Virus record (IMG/VR): IMGVR_UViG_3300048586_000572
Coordinates: 1 to 54,863 of that record
Source: a virus
Taxonomy: Duplodnaviria > Caudoviricetes
Strand: one strand, 5' to 3'
Length of the DNA stretch: 54,863 nt
Made by a program: the position numbers and the translations under genes. Below the pieces are notes generated by a model. It had not been told where the DNA came from, made no database searches, and saw only the letters and a list, made by a program, of their open reading frames with translations. How positions within the stretch are numbered: the stretch's first letter is position 1; each line of letters starts with the position of its first letter. Below, piece by piece: positions 19,499 to 30,000 of this stretch.

Positions 19499-19808
19499 CT
19501 TCGAGGGGTCCGTGCAGCTTGAGCTTCAGGAAGACGCCGCCATCGGGAATGGCCTTGACCACCGCCCATCGCTCGCCTCTGCACTCCAAGACACTGCCGG
19601 GGCTGGCATCCGACAATGCTGAAAGGGCCGCGAAGGCGTGCGGCTCCGTGTCGGATATCTCCTCGCCCAGCGCGTTCACGATGCTGCCCGGGTTGACGAA
19701 GCGCACCGTCAGGTCGACCGGAATGCCGACCTCGGGGACGAACCGGGCCAGGACGGCGTCGAGGCCATCCTCGGGGTCCAGGTGCAGCTCCGCCAGCTCG
19801 TCGAACAT
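19479..19808 (-). CDS. Head-tail joining protein (gpFII-like)
   Basis: 109 aa beta-rich, ending WAVVKAIPDGGVFLKLKL. Confidence 0.6.
   Translation of the reverse strand: MFDELAELHLDPEDGLDAVLARFVPEVGIPVDLTVRFVNPGSIVNALGEEISDTEPHAFAALSALSDASPGSVLECRGERWAVVKAIPDGGVFLKLKLHGPLEGGAPPE
19605..19624 (-). promoter_or_regulatory. Late-type motif A, copy 2 (inside FII-like gene, pointing at tail genes)
   Basis: Plus strand GGCATCCGACAATGCTGAAA. Confidence 0.75.
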
Positions 19809-19816
19809 GCCCACGA

Positions 19817-20323
19817 TCAGGCCCCCAGGATCGCGTCGACCTGGGCGGTGGTGGTGGCGGTGCCCGCCTCGATCGCCTCGTCGGCCGCCCGGTTCGCGGT
19901 GAACATGGCCTGGACGTACGCCTCCACCGCGTCCGCGATCATGACGATCGTGGCGGCGTCGAGCGTGACGTAGACGCCGCTGGAAACCTTCCAATCGGTG
20001 ATCTGGTACGCGGGGTTCGCGGCCGCCTTCACGTACGCGGCCGTCAGCGTGTCGCGGGTGACCTTGTCGGTCGGGACGCTGAACGGGCCGAGCTGGAGGC
20101 GATGGCCCTCGATCAGCTCCCAGCGCTTGCCGGCGGCGTAGCTGTAGAGGTCGACCGGGCCGTTGGATGGCGTGAAGGATCCGTCCGGCTGGCGCGTCCA
20201 GCCGATCCATTCGTCGCCCTCGCGTTCGATCGCGGTGTGGCCAACGCTTAGGGGAGGGACATCCCCGATGGATGCCCCGACGACGAGTCCGTCCGAATCG
20301 CGGATTTCAAGCCATGTGGCCAT
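19817..20323 (-). CDS. DUF4376-like fibre-associated protein
   Basis: 168 aa; WK...YVTLDAATI...AVEAYVQAMF pattern; follows Gly-rich fibre gene. Confidence 0.7.
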   Translation of the reverse strand: MATWLEIRDSDGLVVGASIGDVPPLSVGHTAIEREGDEWIGWTRQPDGSFTPSNGPVDLYSYAAGKRWELIEGHRLQLGPFSVPTDKVTRDTLTAAYVKAAANPAYQITDWKVSSGVYVTLDAATIVMIADAVEAYVQAMFTANRAADEAIEAGTATTTAQVDAILGA

Positions 20324-21429
20324 CACGGTGCCCCGTAGAAGAATAGGCGGACGGCCCCGGCGGCGCCGGCGCCTGACGTGGCGCCGCGGCCTGCGCCACC
20401 GCCGCCGCCTCCAGGAAATCCACCTGCACCGCCGTTGAACCCGGACGCGGCGGAGGAACCACCTCCGGCGCCACCGCCGCCGTAGCTGAACAGCGTCGCG
20501 GCGTTCGATCCGGCAGGGCCGGCTGCGGCGCTCACACCGATGCCCCCCGCGGTCGTGAAGCCGGGAACGCGACGACCGCCTTCGCCACCGTTGCCGCCGA
20601 TGCCATTCCCGTAACCGGTGCCGTTGTGACCGGGGCCGGAGGCGCCGCCGCCACCCGGGCCATCGGCCCCGCCGAACGCATGGCGACCGTTCAAGATATT
20701 CGCCACCTCGTGCCAACCCGGCATCGAGGGCATCTTGCTGGACGCGAAGAACAGCAGCGCCGACACGGCCGTCGCGAAGCCGCCGTTGGAAGCGCCGCCG
20801 ACCGCGCGTACCAAGTCTCCGACCCGGGTTTCGCCGCCGGCGTTGTTCGCGGACTGGGCGGCAAGGGTGCCGGTTGACGTGTAGCCCACGCCACCGGCGC
20901 CGATCGTCACCGCGACGGTCGCAGGGATGGAGGACAGCGGCAGCATGTCGGTGCGTTCGGCGGCACCGGGCATTCCACCCGCGGCGGAATTCGGGGTGCT
21001 TCCGAGCGCCATCCCCGACGCGCCACCGCCAATTGCCTCGACGACGACATGCGTCGCACCAGCCGGGGCAGCCCCGGCGATGTTGTAAGCCGCATTGTTC
21101 GCCGTCAGCTGCACACTGCCCTTAAGGACCAGCTGCCCGCTGGCGCCGGCCGGCCCCGTCAGTTCCGCGAGTGAGACCAGGTTAGCCCAGGAGCCGCCGG
21201 GGAGACGCCACTGCACATAGGTGGCGGTTTTCTGGAGCTCGGGCGATACGCCATCGGTGCCATCCTCGCCGGCGGGACCGATCAAGTCCGCGATAGAGAC
21301 CAGGTCGAACCACTCGTTTGCGCCGGCCAGGCGCCACTGGATGTGGGTGGCGGTCTTCTGAAATTCTGGCGAGGCACCAGGCGTTCCCGGCCCTCCTCCC
21401 CCTCCTCCGATGATGATCGGGCCCATCAT
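20323..21429 (-). CDS. Glycine-rich fibre/spike structural protein
   Basis: Two N-terminal repeats (PE.QKTAT..QWRL.G...W..LVS.A.L.GPAG) and GGGGxG-rich C-terminal domain. Confidence 0.7.
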   Translation of the reverse strand: MMGPIIIGGGGGGPGTPGASPEFQKTATHIQWRLAGANEWFDLVSIADLIGPAGEDGTDGVSPELQKTATYVQWRLPGGSWANLVSLAELTGPAGASGQLVLKGSVQLTANNAAYNIAGAAPAGATHVVVEAIGGGASGMALGSTPNSAAGGMPGAAERTDMLPLSSIPATVAVTIGAGGVGYTSTGTLAAQSANNAGGETRVGDLVRAVGGASNGGFATAVSALLFFASSKMPSMPGWHEVANILNGRHAFGGADGPGGGGASGPGHNGTGYGNGIGGNGGEGGRRVPGFTTAGGIGVSAAAGPAGSNAATLFSYGGGGAGGGSSAASGFNGGAGGFPGGGGGGAGRGATSGAGAAGAVRLFFYGAP

Positions 21430-21430
21430 C

Positions 21431-21832
21431 TCAGACGGCCTTGGAATAGACGTGGACGCTGACGAAGACGGCGGCGTCGGAATGGATCAGCAAGGTATCG
21501 CCCTGGGAGGCGGCACGCGTCTCGACCAGCTGCGAACCTGCGGGGATAGAGCGGCGGAAGCCCTTGGCGGCCAGCAACGCGACGCGCGCGGCGTCGGTCT
21601 CGGGGACGCTGCCGACAGCGAGGAAGCTGACCTTGGCAGTCTGGTCCTCGGCATCGTTCTCGATCGATACCTCGACGACCTCGCCAGTCTCGATCGAGGC
21701 AGCTACAACCTCGTTGGCGGCGAGCGCCTGGCGGAAGGGCAGCGCGACCTCGCCATCCCGCGCGGATAGCGCGGGAAGGACCTCGGCCTCACCGAACACG
21801 TCGGCAATCGCCGCCCTTACGCCTTTGCTCAT
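21431..21832 (-). CDS. Hypothetical virion protein
   Basis: 133 aa in head operon. Confidence 0.6.
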   Translation of the reverse strand: MSKGVRAAIADVFGEAEVLPALSARDGEVALPFRQALAANEVVAASIETGEVVEVSIENDAEDQTAKVSFLAVGSVPETDAARVALLAAKGFRRSIPAGSQLVETRAASQGDTLLIHSDAAVFVSVHVYSKAV

Positions 21833-21853
21833 GTCACACGCCTTCCGGCTGGA

Positions 21854-22045
21854 TTACTTGGTGGCGCCGGAACCCTGGCCGGCGTCCTTCTTGTCGTCGG
21901 CCTTCTCCGCGCCAATGCGCTTCGCCAGGCCGCGCTTGGTCACCTCGACCAAGTCGGCGTCCTTCTCGATCTCGACGGTCATGCCCTTGAGCAGGATCTT
22001 GCCGGCGTACTGGAAGGTGTTCTCGACGATGACTTTCGTGCCCAT
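21854..22045 (-). CDS. Small head-associated protein (gpFI position)
   Basis: 63 aa after major capsid gene, GAGG RBS. Confidence 0.6.
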   Translation of the reverse strand: MGTKVIVENTFQYAGKILLKGMTVEIEKDADLVEVTKRGLAKRIGAEKADDKKDAGQGSGATK

Positions 22046-22136
22046 GGCGGGACCTCGTGGTTGGGTGTCGGAATGGAAGGGACAGGCGTGGCTCGACGTG
22101 GGTGCGCCGCCCGGGTGACCGGGCGGCGATGCGTCC

Positions 22137-23171
22137 TCAAAGGACGGTGGCGGTGACCTGCGCGTCCTTGCGGCCGGGGGCCAGCAACGGGGCCGTCTGC
22201 GACATCAGAACCAGCTGGGACGGATCGAACACGGTGTCCGTCTTCTGGTGGATCTTCATCGGCACGAGGACGTCGACGTCCTCGATGGCGCCGAAGTACT
22301 GCACGCCCTCGAAGTCGGCGCCCATGCCGATGACCGTGCCCGAAGGCAGGTACGGCACGACGTTGTTGTTCGCGTCGCGGTAGAACGCGGCGTAGACGTA
22401 GATGTCGAACTGCCCCAGCGAACCGACGTAGGAGGCGCCCTGCGCGACCGGGCGACGCGGACCGAGGTCCAGCCTGTCGGCGCCGATCTCGGGACCGGCG
22501 CGGCGCTGGTCGAGAAGCTTCAGGACGCGCTCGTTCTCGCGGCAGGCGGCCCAGGCGTCCGGGTCCATGACCCATTCGGTGACCACGGCTCCGCCGCTGG
22601 CCTGCAGCACCAAGTGCGACCAGCGCTCCATGTCCCGGATCGGGTTGGATCCGGCCTGGTTCCAGCGGTCGGCTCCGACGAGCGGGACGTTCAGGGCGGC
22701 GTTACGGCCGAAATTGACGATGCGCCTGGGGTACTTGAGGCCTTCCAGCACCAGCTGGCCGGTCACCAAGATCTGCGCGGCCATCGCCTCCAGGCGACGG
22801 TTGATGCGCTTCTCGTGGCGGCGCATCGTCTCGGCCAGGCGCATGTCCATGCGGGCCTTGCGGGAGAGCTTCCCGTTGAAGTCCTCGCCCATGGCGCGCT
22901 TGATCGACTTGAACGGCGCGAGAGGCGTCTTGATCTTGATGTACGCCGGGGAAATCGTCTCGCTCTGGAAGCCCTGCTCCAGCATGATCTCGCCGGTTTC
23001 CTGCGGGGCGACGAACGGCGCGAGCTTCTCGTCGTGCAGCTCCTGGTCGAAGGTCACCTCCTCCGCGTCCGACAGGACGACGTTGTTGAAGTAGCGGCCC
23101 AGGAGGAAGGTGGAATCGAGCTTCAGGCTTCTGCGGACACCCGCCAGAACGCGCGTGGAGTAAGTGGACAC
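22137..23171 (-). CDS. Major capsid protein, lambda gpE family
   Basis: 344 aa; LAPFVAP, PAYIKIK, MSQTAPL motifs typical of gpE family. Confidence 0.93.
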   Translation of the reverse strand: MSTYSTRVLAGVRRSLKLDSTFLLGRYFNNVVLSDAEEVTFDQELHDEKLAPFVAPQETGEIMLEQGFQSETISPAYIKIKTPLAPFKSIKRAMGEDFNGKLSRKARMDMRLAETMRRHEKRINRRLEAMAAQILVTGQLVLEGLKYPRRIVNFGRNAALNVPLVGADRWNQAGSNPIRDMERWSHLVLQASGGAVVTEWVMDPDAWAACRENERVLKLLDQRRAGPEIGADRLDLGPRRPVAQGASYVGSLGQFDIYVYAAFYRDANNNVVPYLPSGTVIGMGADFEGVQYFGAIEDVDVLVPMKIHQKTDTVFDPSQLVLMSQTAPLLAPGRKDAQVTATVL

Positions 23172-23224
23172 TGGCAGGCTCCCAGAATGAGGAATGGTCG
23201 GAAAGGGTGGCGGTCGCCGGCGCC

Positions 23225-23605
23225 TTAGGAGGCGTCGGAGACGTAGCGGCCGGTGTCCTCGAAGGCGGCCCGGACCGTTGCGATGGTGTGGCCCGCTCCG
23301 AGGACCAGCGCCGGCGCGATGAAGGCGCCGCCGACCGCGACGCCGGTAACGGTGTCGGCAGTCGTGACCAGGTCGTGCAGCATGACAGCGCGCGGGACCT
23401 GCGAGCCGTCATTGGCGGCCGCAACCGACAGCACGTACTTGCCACTGGCGGTGATGCGACCGAGCACCGAGCCGCGGACCAGGTTCTGGCCATTGGCGAT
23501 GGTGACCGACTGGTCGACCATCTGGACGGTGGGATCGAGGAGCTCGACTTCGTCGAAGCTCTCGATCCGGTAGCTGGCCATTCCGGCCTTGCCTGCGCTG
23601 GTCAT
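23225..23605 (-). CDS. Head decoration protein (gpD-like)
   Basis: TIANGQNLVRGSVLGRITASGKY...DGSQ; directly before capsid gene. Confidence 0.88.
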   Translation of the reverse strand: MTSAGKAGMASYRIESFDEVELLDPTVQMVDQSVTIANGQNLVRGSVLGRITASGKYVLSVAAANDGSQVPRAVMLHDLVTTADTVTGVAVGGAFIAPALVLGAGHTIATVRAAFEDTGRYVSDAS

Positions 23606-23646
23606 GTCTGTGTCGCTCCTGGTTCAGGGAATGGCCGCGTCCGCGG

Positions 23647-24198
23647 TCAGGCGGACTTCTTGGCGATGCCGATGCGGCCGGCGGCTCCGACGATCGCGGC
23701 GATCTCCTCGTCGTCGGCGCTGCGGGGCTCTCCACCGCGTCCACCCACGTTCACGCGGGGGCGGTCGGCGCCCTCGGCGCGAAGCCGATCAGCCAGGCCC
23801 TGACGCTTGCCGGTCGGGGCGGCGGTCGGATTGGAGGCCTTGAGAAGTTCCTCGGCCTTGGCCGCAGACAGCTTCGTGCCGAAGGCCAGGGCCTCGGCCA
23901 GGCCGCGGTTGGCGCGGCCTGCATCCGACGTCAGGATCGCCTGGATGCGGGCGGCGCTGGCATCGGCGGCGGCGGGCGGAGCGGCCGGGGCCTCCTCCTC
24001 CTCTTCGCCCTCGTCCTCAGCCTCGGCGGCGTCCTCGTCTTCCTCCTCGGACCCTTCCAGGTCCTCGTCCTCATCCAGGTCCTCGTCCTCATCCAGGTCC
24101 TCGTCGTCCATCGGGGCGTCGGCGGACTGGGCGGCGGACGGGCCCGCATTCAGGGGGGCGGTCGGCGCGGAGCGCTGCGAGCGGAAGATCTTGAGCAT
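23647..24198 (-). CDS. Putative scaffolding protein (Nu3-like), highly acidic
   Basis: Acidic linker then ARIQAIL...LAEALA motif resembling the C-terminus of gpC-type proteins. Confidence 0.65.
   Translation of the reverse strand: MLKIFRSQRSAPTAPLNAGPSAAQSADAPMDDEDLDEDEDLDEDEDLEGSEEEDEDAAEAEDEGEEEEEAPAAPPAAADASAARIQAILTSDAGRANRGLAEALAFGTKLSAAKAEELLKASNPTAAPTGKRQGLADRLRAEGADRPRVNVGGRGGEPRSADDEEIAAIVGAAGRIGIAKKSA
24056..24105. repeat. 18-bp tandem repeat, ~2.8 copies, encoding DEDEDL
   Basis: TCCAGGTCCTCGTCCTCA at 24056, 24074 and partial at 24092. Confidence 0.85.
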
Positions 24199-24257
24199 GG
24201 GCCCTCGGTCCTTGAAGCGGTTAGGTTCGCTGTAGGATCGAGAAAGCCGCCGGGGCC

Positions 24258-24277
24258 GGCATCCGACAATGCTGAAA
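24258..24277 (-). promoter_or_regulatory. Late-type motif A, copy 3 (upstream of scaffold-decoration-capsid genes)
   Basis: Intergenic; plus strand GGCATCCGACAATGCTGAAA. Confidence 0.8.
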
Positions 24278-24287
24278 TGGGGCCGCC

Positions 24288-25208
24288 TCAGGCGGCCGCC
24301 AGCTGCTCCAGGACGGCCTCGAACGTGCCGATCTCCTCGACCATTCCAGCCGCCACGGCCTTCTGACCGATGAAGACGGCGCCCTGGCCGTAGTTGTCGT
24401 TGACCACCTTCAGGTCCACGTCGCGGTACATGGCGACGTCGGCCAGGAACACGGCTGCCAGGTCAGTGATCTCCGTCAAGATCTGCTCGTAGCCCGCGTC
24501 GGTCGCGGGGTCCGGGCGCTTGTTCGGCGTCTGGCTGGAGACGATCTCGTACGTCTTGATGCCCAGCTTCTCCTCTGCGCCGCGCATATCGCGCATTGTG
24601 CCGACCACGCCCAGGCAGCCAACCATCGCCGTCGACGACGCCACGATCCCATCGGTGGCGGATGCGAGCCAGTAGGCGGCGGAGCAGCACGCGCCGCCGA
24701 CATAGGCCACGATCGGCTTGCGTCCGCGCCCGCCGGCGATCATGGCCGCCAGTTCCGCGCAGTCGGTGACCTGGCCACCGGGCGAATCGATCATGAAAAG
24801 GATCGCCTTCACCTTGTCGTTGTCGAGCGCGCGCGAAAACGAATCGGCAATGACGTCGTAGGACATCGCCCCGCAGATGTCGGTCAGCCACGACGAATAC
24901 GCGAACAGCGGGCCGATGATGGGGATGACGCAGACGCCGTCGCGGACGTAGGGCCTATCGACGTCCCAGGCGTCCCTGGTCATCTCGCGGGACAGGGCGC
25001 CGATGGTCCTCTTGGCCTTGCCCGGCAGCGACGCCGAGCCCTTCCGGGACTGACGCTGCATGCGGTCCATCTTGGGCGCCAGCGACTGGATGTTGACCGG
25101 CGCGCGGTCAGCGATCCTGAGCATTTCGCCCAGAGCGGTCTCGGTGATGGCCCATGGCTGGCCGCGCAGCGCGGCCGCGACGTGGATCAGGGGTCCCTTA
25201 TTGGTCAT
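24288..25208 (-). CDS. S49-family capsid maturation protease (gpC-like)
   Basis: IDSPGG, CSAAYWLAS, VGCLGV motifs; ATGA overlap with portal. Confidence 0.92.
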   Translation of the reverse strand: MTNKGPLIHVAAALRGQPWAITETALGEMLRIADRAPVNIQSLAPKMDRMQRQSRKGSASLPGKAKRTIGALSREMTRDAWDVDRPYVRDGVCVIPIIGPLFAYSSWLTDICGAMSYDVIADSFSRALDNDKVKAILFMIDSPGGQVTDCAELAAMIAGGRGRKPIVAYVGGACCSAAYWLASATDGIVASSTAMVGCLGVVGTMRDMRGAEEKLGIKTYEIVSSQTPNKRPDPATDAGYEQILTEITDLAAVFLADVAMYRDVDLKVVNDNYGQGAVFIGQKAVAAGMVEEIGTFEAVLEQLAAA

Positions 25209-26800
25209 CGCATCATCTCCCTGTCCGCCGCGTCGGGGTCCTCGTCGTCTGGCGGTTGGTTGTGGCCGATCGGCGCGTGCGCTGGCGTCGGGATCGAGTT
25301 CGGGTGGATCAGCTTGGCGGCCTCGAACACCTGGCGCTCGTACGCCGCCTGCTCCAGGACCTCCTCCCAGTCGAGGCCCTGCTCCGCGCACTCGATCTGG
25401 AGGTTCGACGTGAAGTTCTTCAGGCGCGTCGTCTGAGCGTCGCCTTCCTTCTTCGGGTCGATGTAGCCGCGACCGGTGCCGATCCAGTTCGACCGCGTCC
25501 AGGCCTCCATGTAGCCGGGCCGGTCGAACAGGTCGTCGGGATCGAGGTCCGGGATCTCGCCGCGCTCGGCCTCCTCCTCGATCCACAGGCGGAGGATCGG
25601 CTTGTTCAGGCGGTTGATCAGCCACTGCCTGGAGGTCGAGAAACCACGCCAGGCCTCGGCCAGCATCACGCGCGCGTTCGAATAGTTCATGCCGCTGAAC
25701 GCGCGCATGGCGAGTTCATACGGGATGTTCATGCCCGCCGCGATCTCGCGCATGATGTTGACGCTGAAGGCGTCGTAGTCGCTGCCCGGGCGGCCGGGGC
25801 TGAAGGGCACCACGTCCTCGCCCGGCGCCACGGTCAGCACGCTGGCCGGCCCCAGCTTCGGCTGGTTGGACTTCCTAAACTTGAGGTATGCCTCGCTGGA
25901 CTTGAACAGCGTCTTGACCTGGTCCCACGACATGTTCGTCTTGAGGATCAGGCCGACCAGGCTGTTGGCGAACTCCTTCTGCAAGGTGTTCTGCGTCAGC
26001 TTGTCGAAGGTGTGCAGCCGAGGCAGTACCCGCGCCAGGCCGGAGACGCCGCGGGAGACGTCGATCCTCTCCTTGTCGAACACGTGCAGCACACGCTGAC
26101 GGCCCCACGAGGTCTCGGCGGGGATGCGGGTCCAAGTGTTCACGTCGGCGGTCAGCCCGATGGCGACGTCGCCTGGATGAGAATTCCGGATGTCGTAGAA
26201 CAGGGGCTTGCCGTACTCGTCGAAGCCGATGCCGTTGCGGTAGTCCTCGCCGTCCTGCTCGCCATAGGGCGTCGACACACGGTCGATCTCGACGAAGTGC
26301 AGCTTCAGCCCGTAACCCGACAGACCGCCGGGCTGGTAGATCGGCAGGGCGATCATGCCGCCGGACGTCAGCACGGAGCGCAGTGCCAGGGCGGTCAGAC
26401 CATGGCCGTTGTCGATGCCCGTCGCGTCGATGTCGGTGCTATTGTACCACGCCCGAAAGCGGGTCTTGATCAGCCGGTTGACCTCGATCGCCCACTCCCG
26501 CGACTTGCCGAGGAACAGGTAGTCGACGTTCGGGACGAAGAGGAAACCGGGCCCGACGACGTTGCTGACGGTGGCCTGGATCGCGGAGTGCGCGACGGGC
26601 GAGTTGCGGTCTGCGTCGCGGGAGCGGTACGCGATCTCCTCGTGCTCGCCCTGGAGGTCCGCGTCGGCGGAGCCGCGGGACGCCTCCCAATCCTCCATCT
26701 CGCGCCCGCCCGACGCGCCATTCCACGACGTGTCGCCGAACATGGCGAGACGATCGATCGGCGTACCGGTGGCGTCGAGGATCAGGGAGCGCTCGGCCAT
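25205..26800 (-). CDS. Portal protein, lambda family
   Basis: RSRDADRN, VLHVFD...RGVS, NYSNAR, YIDPKKE motifs. Confidence 0.93.
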   Translation of the reverse strand: MAERSLILDATGTPIDRLAMFGDTSWNGASGGREMEDWEASRGSADADLQGEHEEIAYRSRDADRNSPVAHSAIQATVSNVVGPGFLFVPNVDYLFLGKSREWAIEVNRLIKTRFRAWYNSTDIDATGIDNGHGLTALALRSVLTSGGMIALPIYQPGGLSGYGLKLHFVEIDRVSTPYGEQDGEDYRNGIGFDEYGKPLFYDIRNSHPGDVAIGLTADVNTWTRIPAETSWGRQRVLHVFDKERIDVSRGVSGLARVLPRLHTFDKLTQNTLQKEFANSLVGLILKTNMSWDQVKTLFKSSEAYLKFRKSNQPKLGPASVLTVAPGEDVVPFSPGRPGSDYDAFSVNIMREIAAGMNIPYELAMRAFSGMNYSNARVMLAEAWRGFSTSRQWLINRLNKPILRLWIEEEAERGEIPDLDPDDLFDRPGYMEAWTRSNWIGTGRGYIDPKKEGDAQTTRLKNFTSNLQIECAEQGLDWEEVLEQAAYERQVFEAAKLIHPNSIPTPAHAPIGHNQPPDDEDPDAADREMMR

Positions 26801-26807
26801 GTCCACC

Positions 26808-27050
26808 TCAGTAGAAGCTGAAGGCGCGGCGGCCGCCGGCATCCTCGCCGGTCAGCGTGGCGATGCGGGACTTCAGCTCGTCGATGTACTCGGCCAGCTT
26901 GCCGACGTCGGCCTGGGAGAAGTCGGCGCTGGTGCTGACGCCCGCGCCGGAATGCATTAGGCGGATGCGCTTGTTGCCGGTCAGCAGCTTGTGCCTGGCC
27001 AGCTCCGCTTCCGCGAGACGAAGCCGCAGCGTGGGAAGTTCATCTGTCAT
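26808..27050 (-). CDS. Head-tail joining protein gpW-like
   Basis: 80 aa between terminase and portal; ARHKLLTG...LAEYIDELK. Confidence 0.85.
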   Translation of the reverse strand: MTDELPTLRLRLAEAELARHKLLTGNKRIRLMHSGAGVSTSADFSQADVGKLAEYIDELKSRIATLTGEDAGGRRAFSFY

Positions 27051-30000
27051 CGTCGCCCGCGGACCTGATGCTGTGTGACAGCAGATCAGAGAGTTCGGGC
27101 CGGCATCCGACAATGCTGTTCCGGTCTGGCGCCAGGTCGTCCGCCGCGCCCCAGCCGTCGCCGCTGCCCCACCCCTCGGTGTCGTTGGAGACGCCAGCGT
27201 ACAGCTCCGCCTCCCGAGCGGCCTCAAGCTCCTCGAAGGTGCGCGGCGCGGCCGCCGGTTCCGCAACGGGCTCGGGCGCGGCCACCTCGGCGGGATCGAC
27301 CGGATCGGCCACCGGCGTCGTCTCCGCCGCGGGCGCGGCCGCCCCCGGAACCGGCGGCGGCCGGTGCGGCGAGACGGGCTCCTCCCCCGGCAGGACAAGC
27401 GACGCGTACAGGTCGCGGACGGTCACGGGTCGGGTGTCGCCGTTCCTCTGACGCTCCAGCTCCATTTCCTTGATTTTGACCGCGATCTGCTCGGCCAGCG
27501 TCTGCATCGCTTTCTCCTCGCGGTCGAAGTCGTGCGGTCCCCAGCGGCTCCAGCCGAGAAGCTCGGCGCCGATGCGGGAATAGTTCGAACAGTCGAGGGC
27601 CTCGTGGCGCGTGATGCCGTGCCCGACGAACCGGGGCGTGGGCCGCCTGCCCTTCGCGCCGACGTATTCGAGCCGCTCCGACACCAGCTGCTTGCACCAG
27701 TCGTCGCTGGCATCGCCATTGATGGTGATCCATCCCGGCGGAACGTCGTGCCCGTCGACCTGGCGGAGGTTCAGGTCGCCGAAAAGCTCCAGCTTGAGGC
27801 TCGACACGCCCGCGCGGACGAAGGTGTAGGTGGGATCGATGCCCCAGGACGCGTCTTCGGGCCGTTCCTTGCGCTTCGCCATCACCATGATCGGCGCGTC
27901 GAAGGACTTGGCGCCGACGACGCCGATGATCTTGGAGCGGTCCATCGTCATAAGCATGCGATCGACCAGGTCCGGCCGGTGGTTCCGGTCGATGACCAGC
28001 CGGCGGATGTTCATCACCGCGCCGCACGGATGCAGGTAGAGCCGCTTGGACACGGCCAGCAGCTGCGCCTGGATGTCGGGGTCGCTCGGGTCGCCGTCGA
28101 TGCGCAGGTGCTCGACCAGGTGACGCCGCCTGCGACGGCCGTACGCCCACACGTCGATCTCGATGTGGTCCTGGCCTATGTCCGCGCCGGCAGAGAGGAA
28201 CGTGGCCCAGGCCGGGATCTCGCGGGACCGCAGTTCGATCTTGCGGTCGCGGACCCGCTCCCACGAGGGGGCCTCGCCCGGCGGGCTGTAGGTCCGGGCG
28301 AACATGGTGTTCCAGATGACCTTGATCGCGGACTGCGAGCCGTCTGCCTGTTCCCATTCCTCGACGATCTTGGCCCAGGTCAGGCCGATGGTCGCGTAGA
28401 AGCTCGGCAGGTAATAAGAGCGGTGGTAGGCGGTCTTGTTGAACTCATCGAGCGCGGACCGGTCGCCGTCCTTGAGCCGCTGCATGAAGTCCGTGTCATC
28501 CGATAGGACCTTCGGGACCCACACGCCCTTGGCCAGCATCGCCTCCTTGTGCCTGCCTTCGTGGATGCGGCCGAAGTTCGGGGGGACTTCCTTGCACGTC
28601 TGGCAGAGGTAGCGGACCGTATTGGGCTTGCCCTCGGTCCAGACGAAGTTCTCCCACTCGAACGTGATGGGGGTCGAGCAGTGCGGGCACGGCATGAAGA
28701 ACCGGCGCTGATCCCTCTTTAGGAACGCGGGCTCGATCTGGCTGACCGCCTTCATGCCCGGCGTGCTGATCAGCATCATCTTGAAGTCGTCGCCGGCGGT
28801 GGTGCCGCGGACCTTCGCCACGCCTACGGTGTCGCCCTGCCCCTCCAGGTCGGCCGGATACTCCTCCAGCTCGTCGAGGATCATCCCACGGACCATTGTG
28901 GACTTCAGGTTCGCGGCGCTCTGCGCGGTCGCAAAGTAGAGCGCGCCGCCGGGAAAATGCTTTTCGCGCTCGCTGTTCTTGCTGTCCCGCTTCCTCGCCG
29001 GCAGGACCAGCTTCCCGAGTCCCTTCGGGTCGTCGTCGATCATCTGCTGCACGCGCGCGGACGTGCGCTTCATGACAGTCAGCGTCGGGCAGACATAGAG
29101 GAAGGGTCCGGGAGCGGATGCGATGTTGTAGCCGACGACATTATTGGCACCCTCCGTGTTGTGCGTCGGGATAAACGTCTCCCCGACGAGGAAGAGCCTC
29201 GAAGGCGCGTCGACGGAGATGCAGCGAACCGGCACGGATGGAACGGAACGGACATCCACGATCCTCCTCCGCCTGGTCTCGGTGAGCCGGAGACCGGGCC
29301 TGTCCACCGGGACCAGCCGGTCGCGCTTCCTCGCAAGCCCGAACACGGGGCTGTCGGAGTAGGCCATGAAGCCGACCTGGAAGAGGATGGCGGGATCGGT
29401 TTGGCGTGGCCCCCCGCGAAAACCACGTTCGGTCAAGCGGGCGGACATGGTGGGCTTGAGGCCAAGCGAGGCGATCAGCTCGTGGACATCCCTAGCCAGG
29501 TCCATATTTGACGCGACGAAGGAGCACCAACCTTTCTTGGTAATCGTTCCGTCCGTGTCCATCAGTCCCCGGAGCAAAGCGAGCCGCTGCTGCGGCGAGG
29601 ACCGGAGATACACCTCGGGGATGTGCTTGCGTTCTGTCAGGCCAAGCGCCACCAGGCCCGACCATAGACTTAGTGGACGGACGGTGGGCGATCTCGGCGT
29701 GCCGAAGCGGTGGAAGAGAACGTTCTCCACGTGGCAGCGGCGACATACGCGATGCTTTGATCGCGCGTCAGGCAACGTCATGTCATGGCCGCGCTTGCAA
29801 ATGCTGCCATCGACGCCACCGATGAGGATGTTCATCACCTTGCCCTTGGAGCCGGGCAGGCGCCGAACGAGCGTGGTGATGCCCTCAGCCCGAATCGCGG
29901 CCGCCATCTCCTCTACGTCGTCGTCATGGGTCGTGATCTGGTTCGAGCTCTGGTTTCCATCCCCCAACCATGCGCCCAGCGTGTAGGGCGGAATGGGGAG

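Noticed and set aside
23921-23935. Partial motif A matches (CATCCGAC) here and near 6151 and 42179
   Set aside because: Only the 8-9-bp core matches, without the TGCTGAAA half
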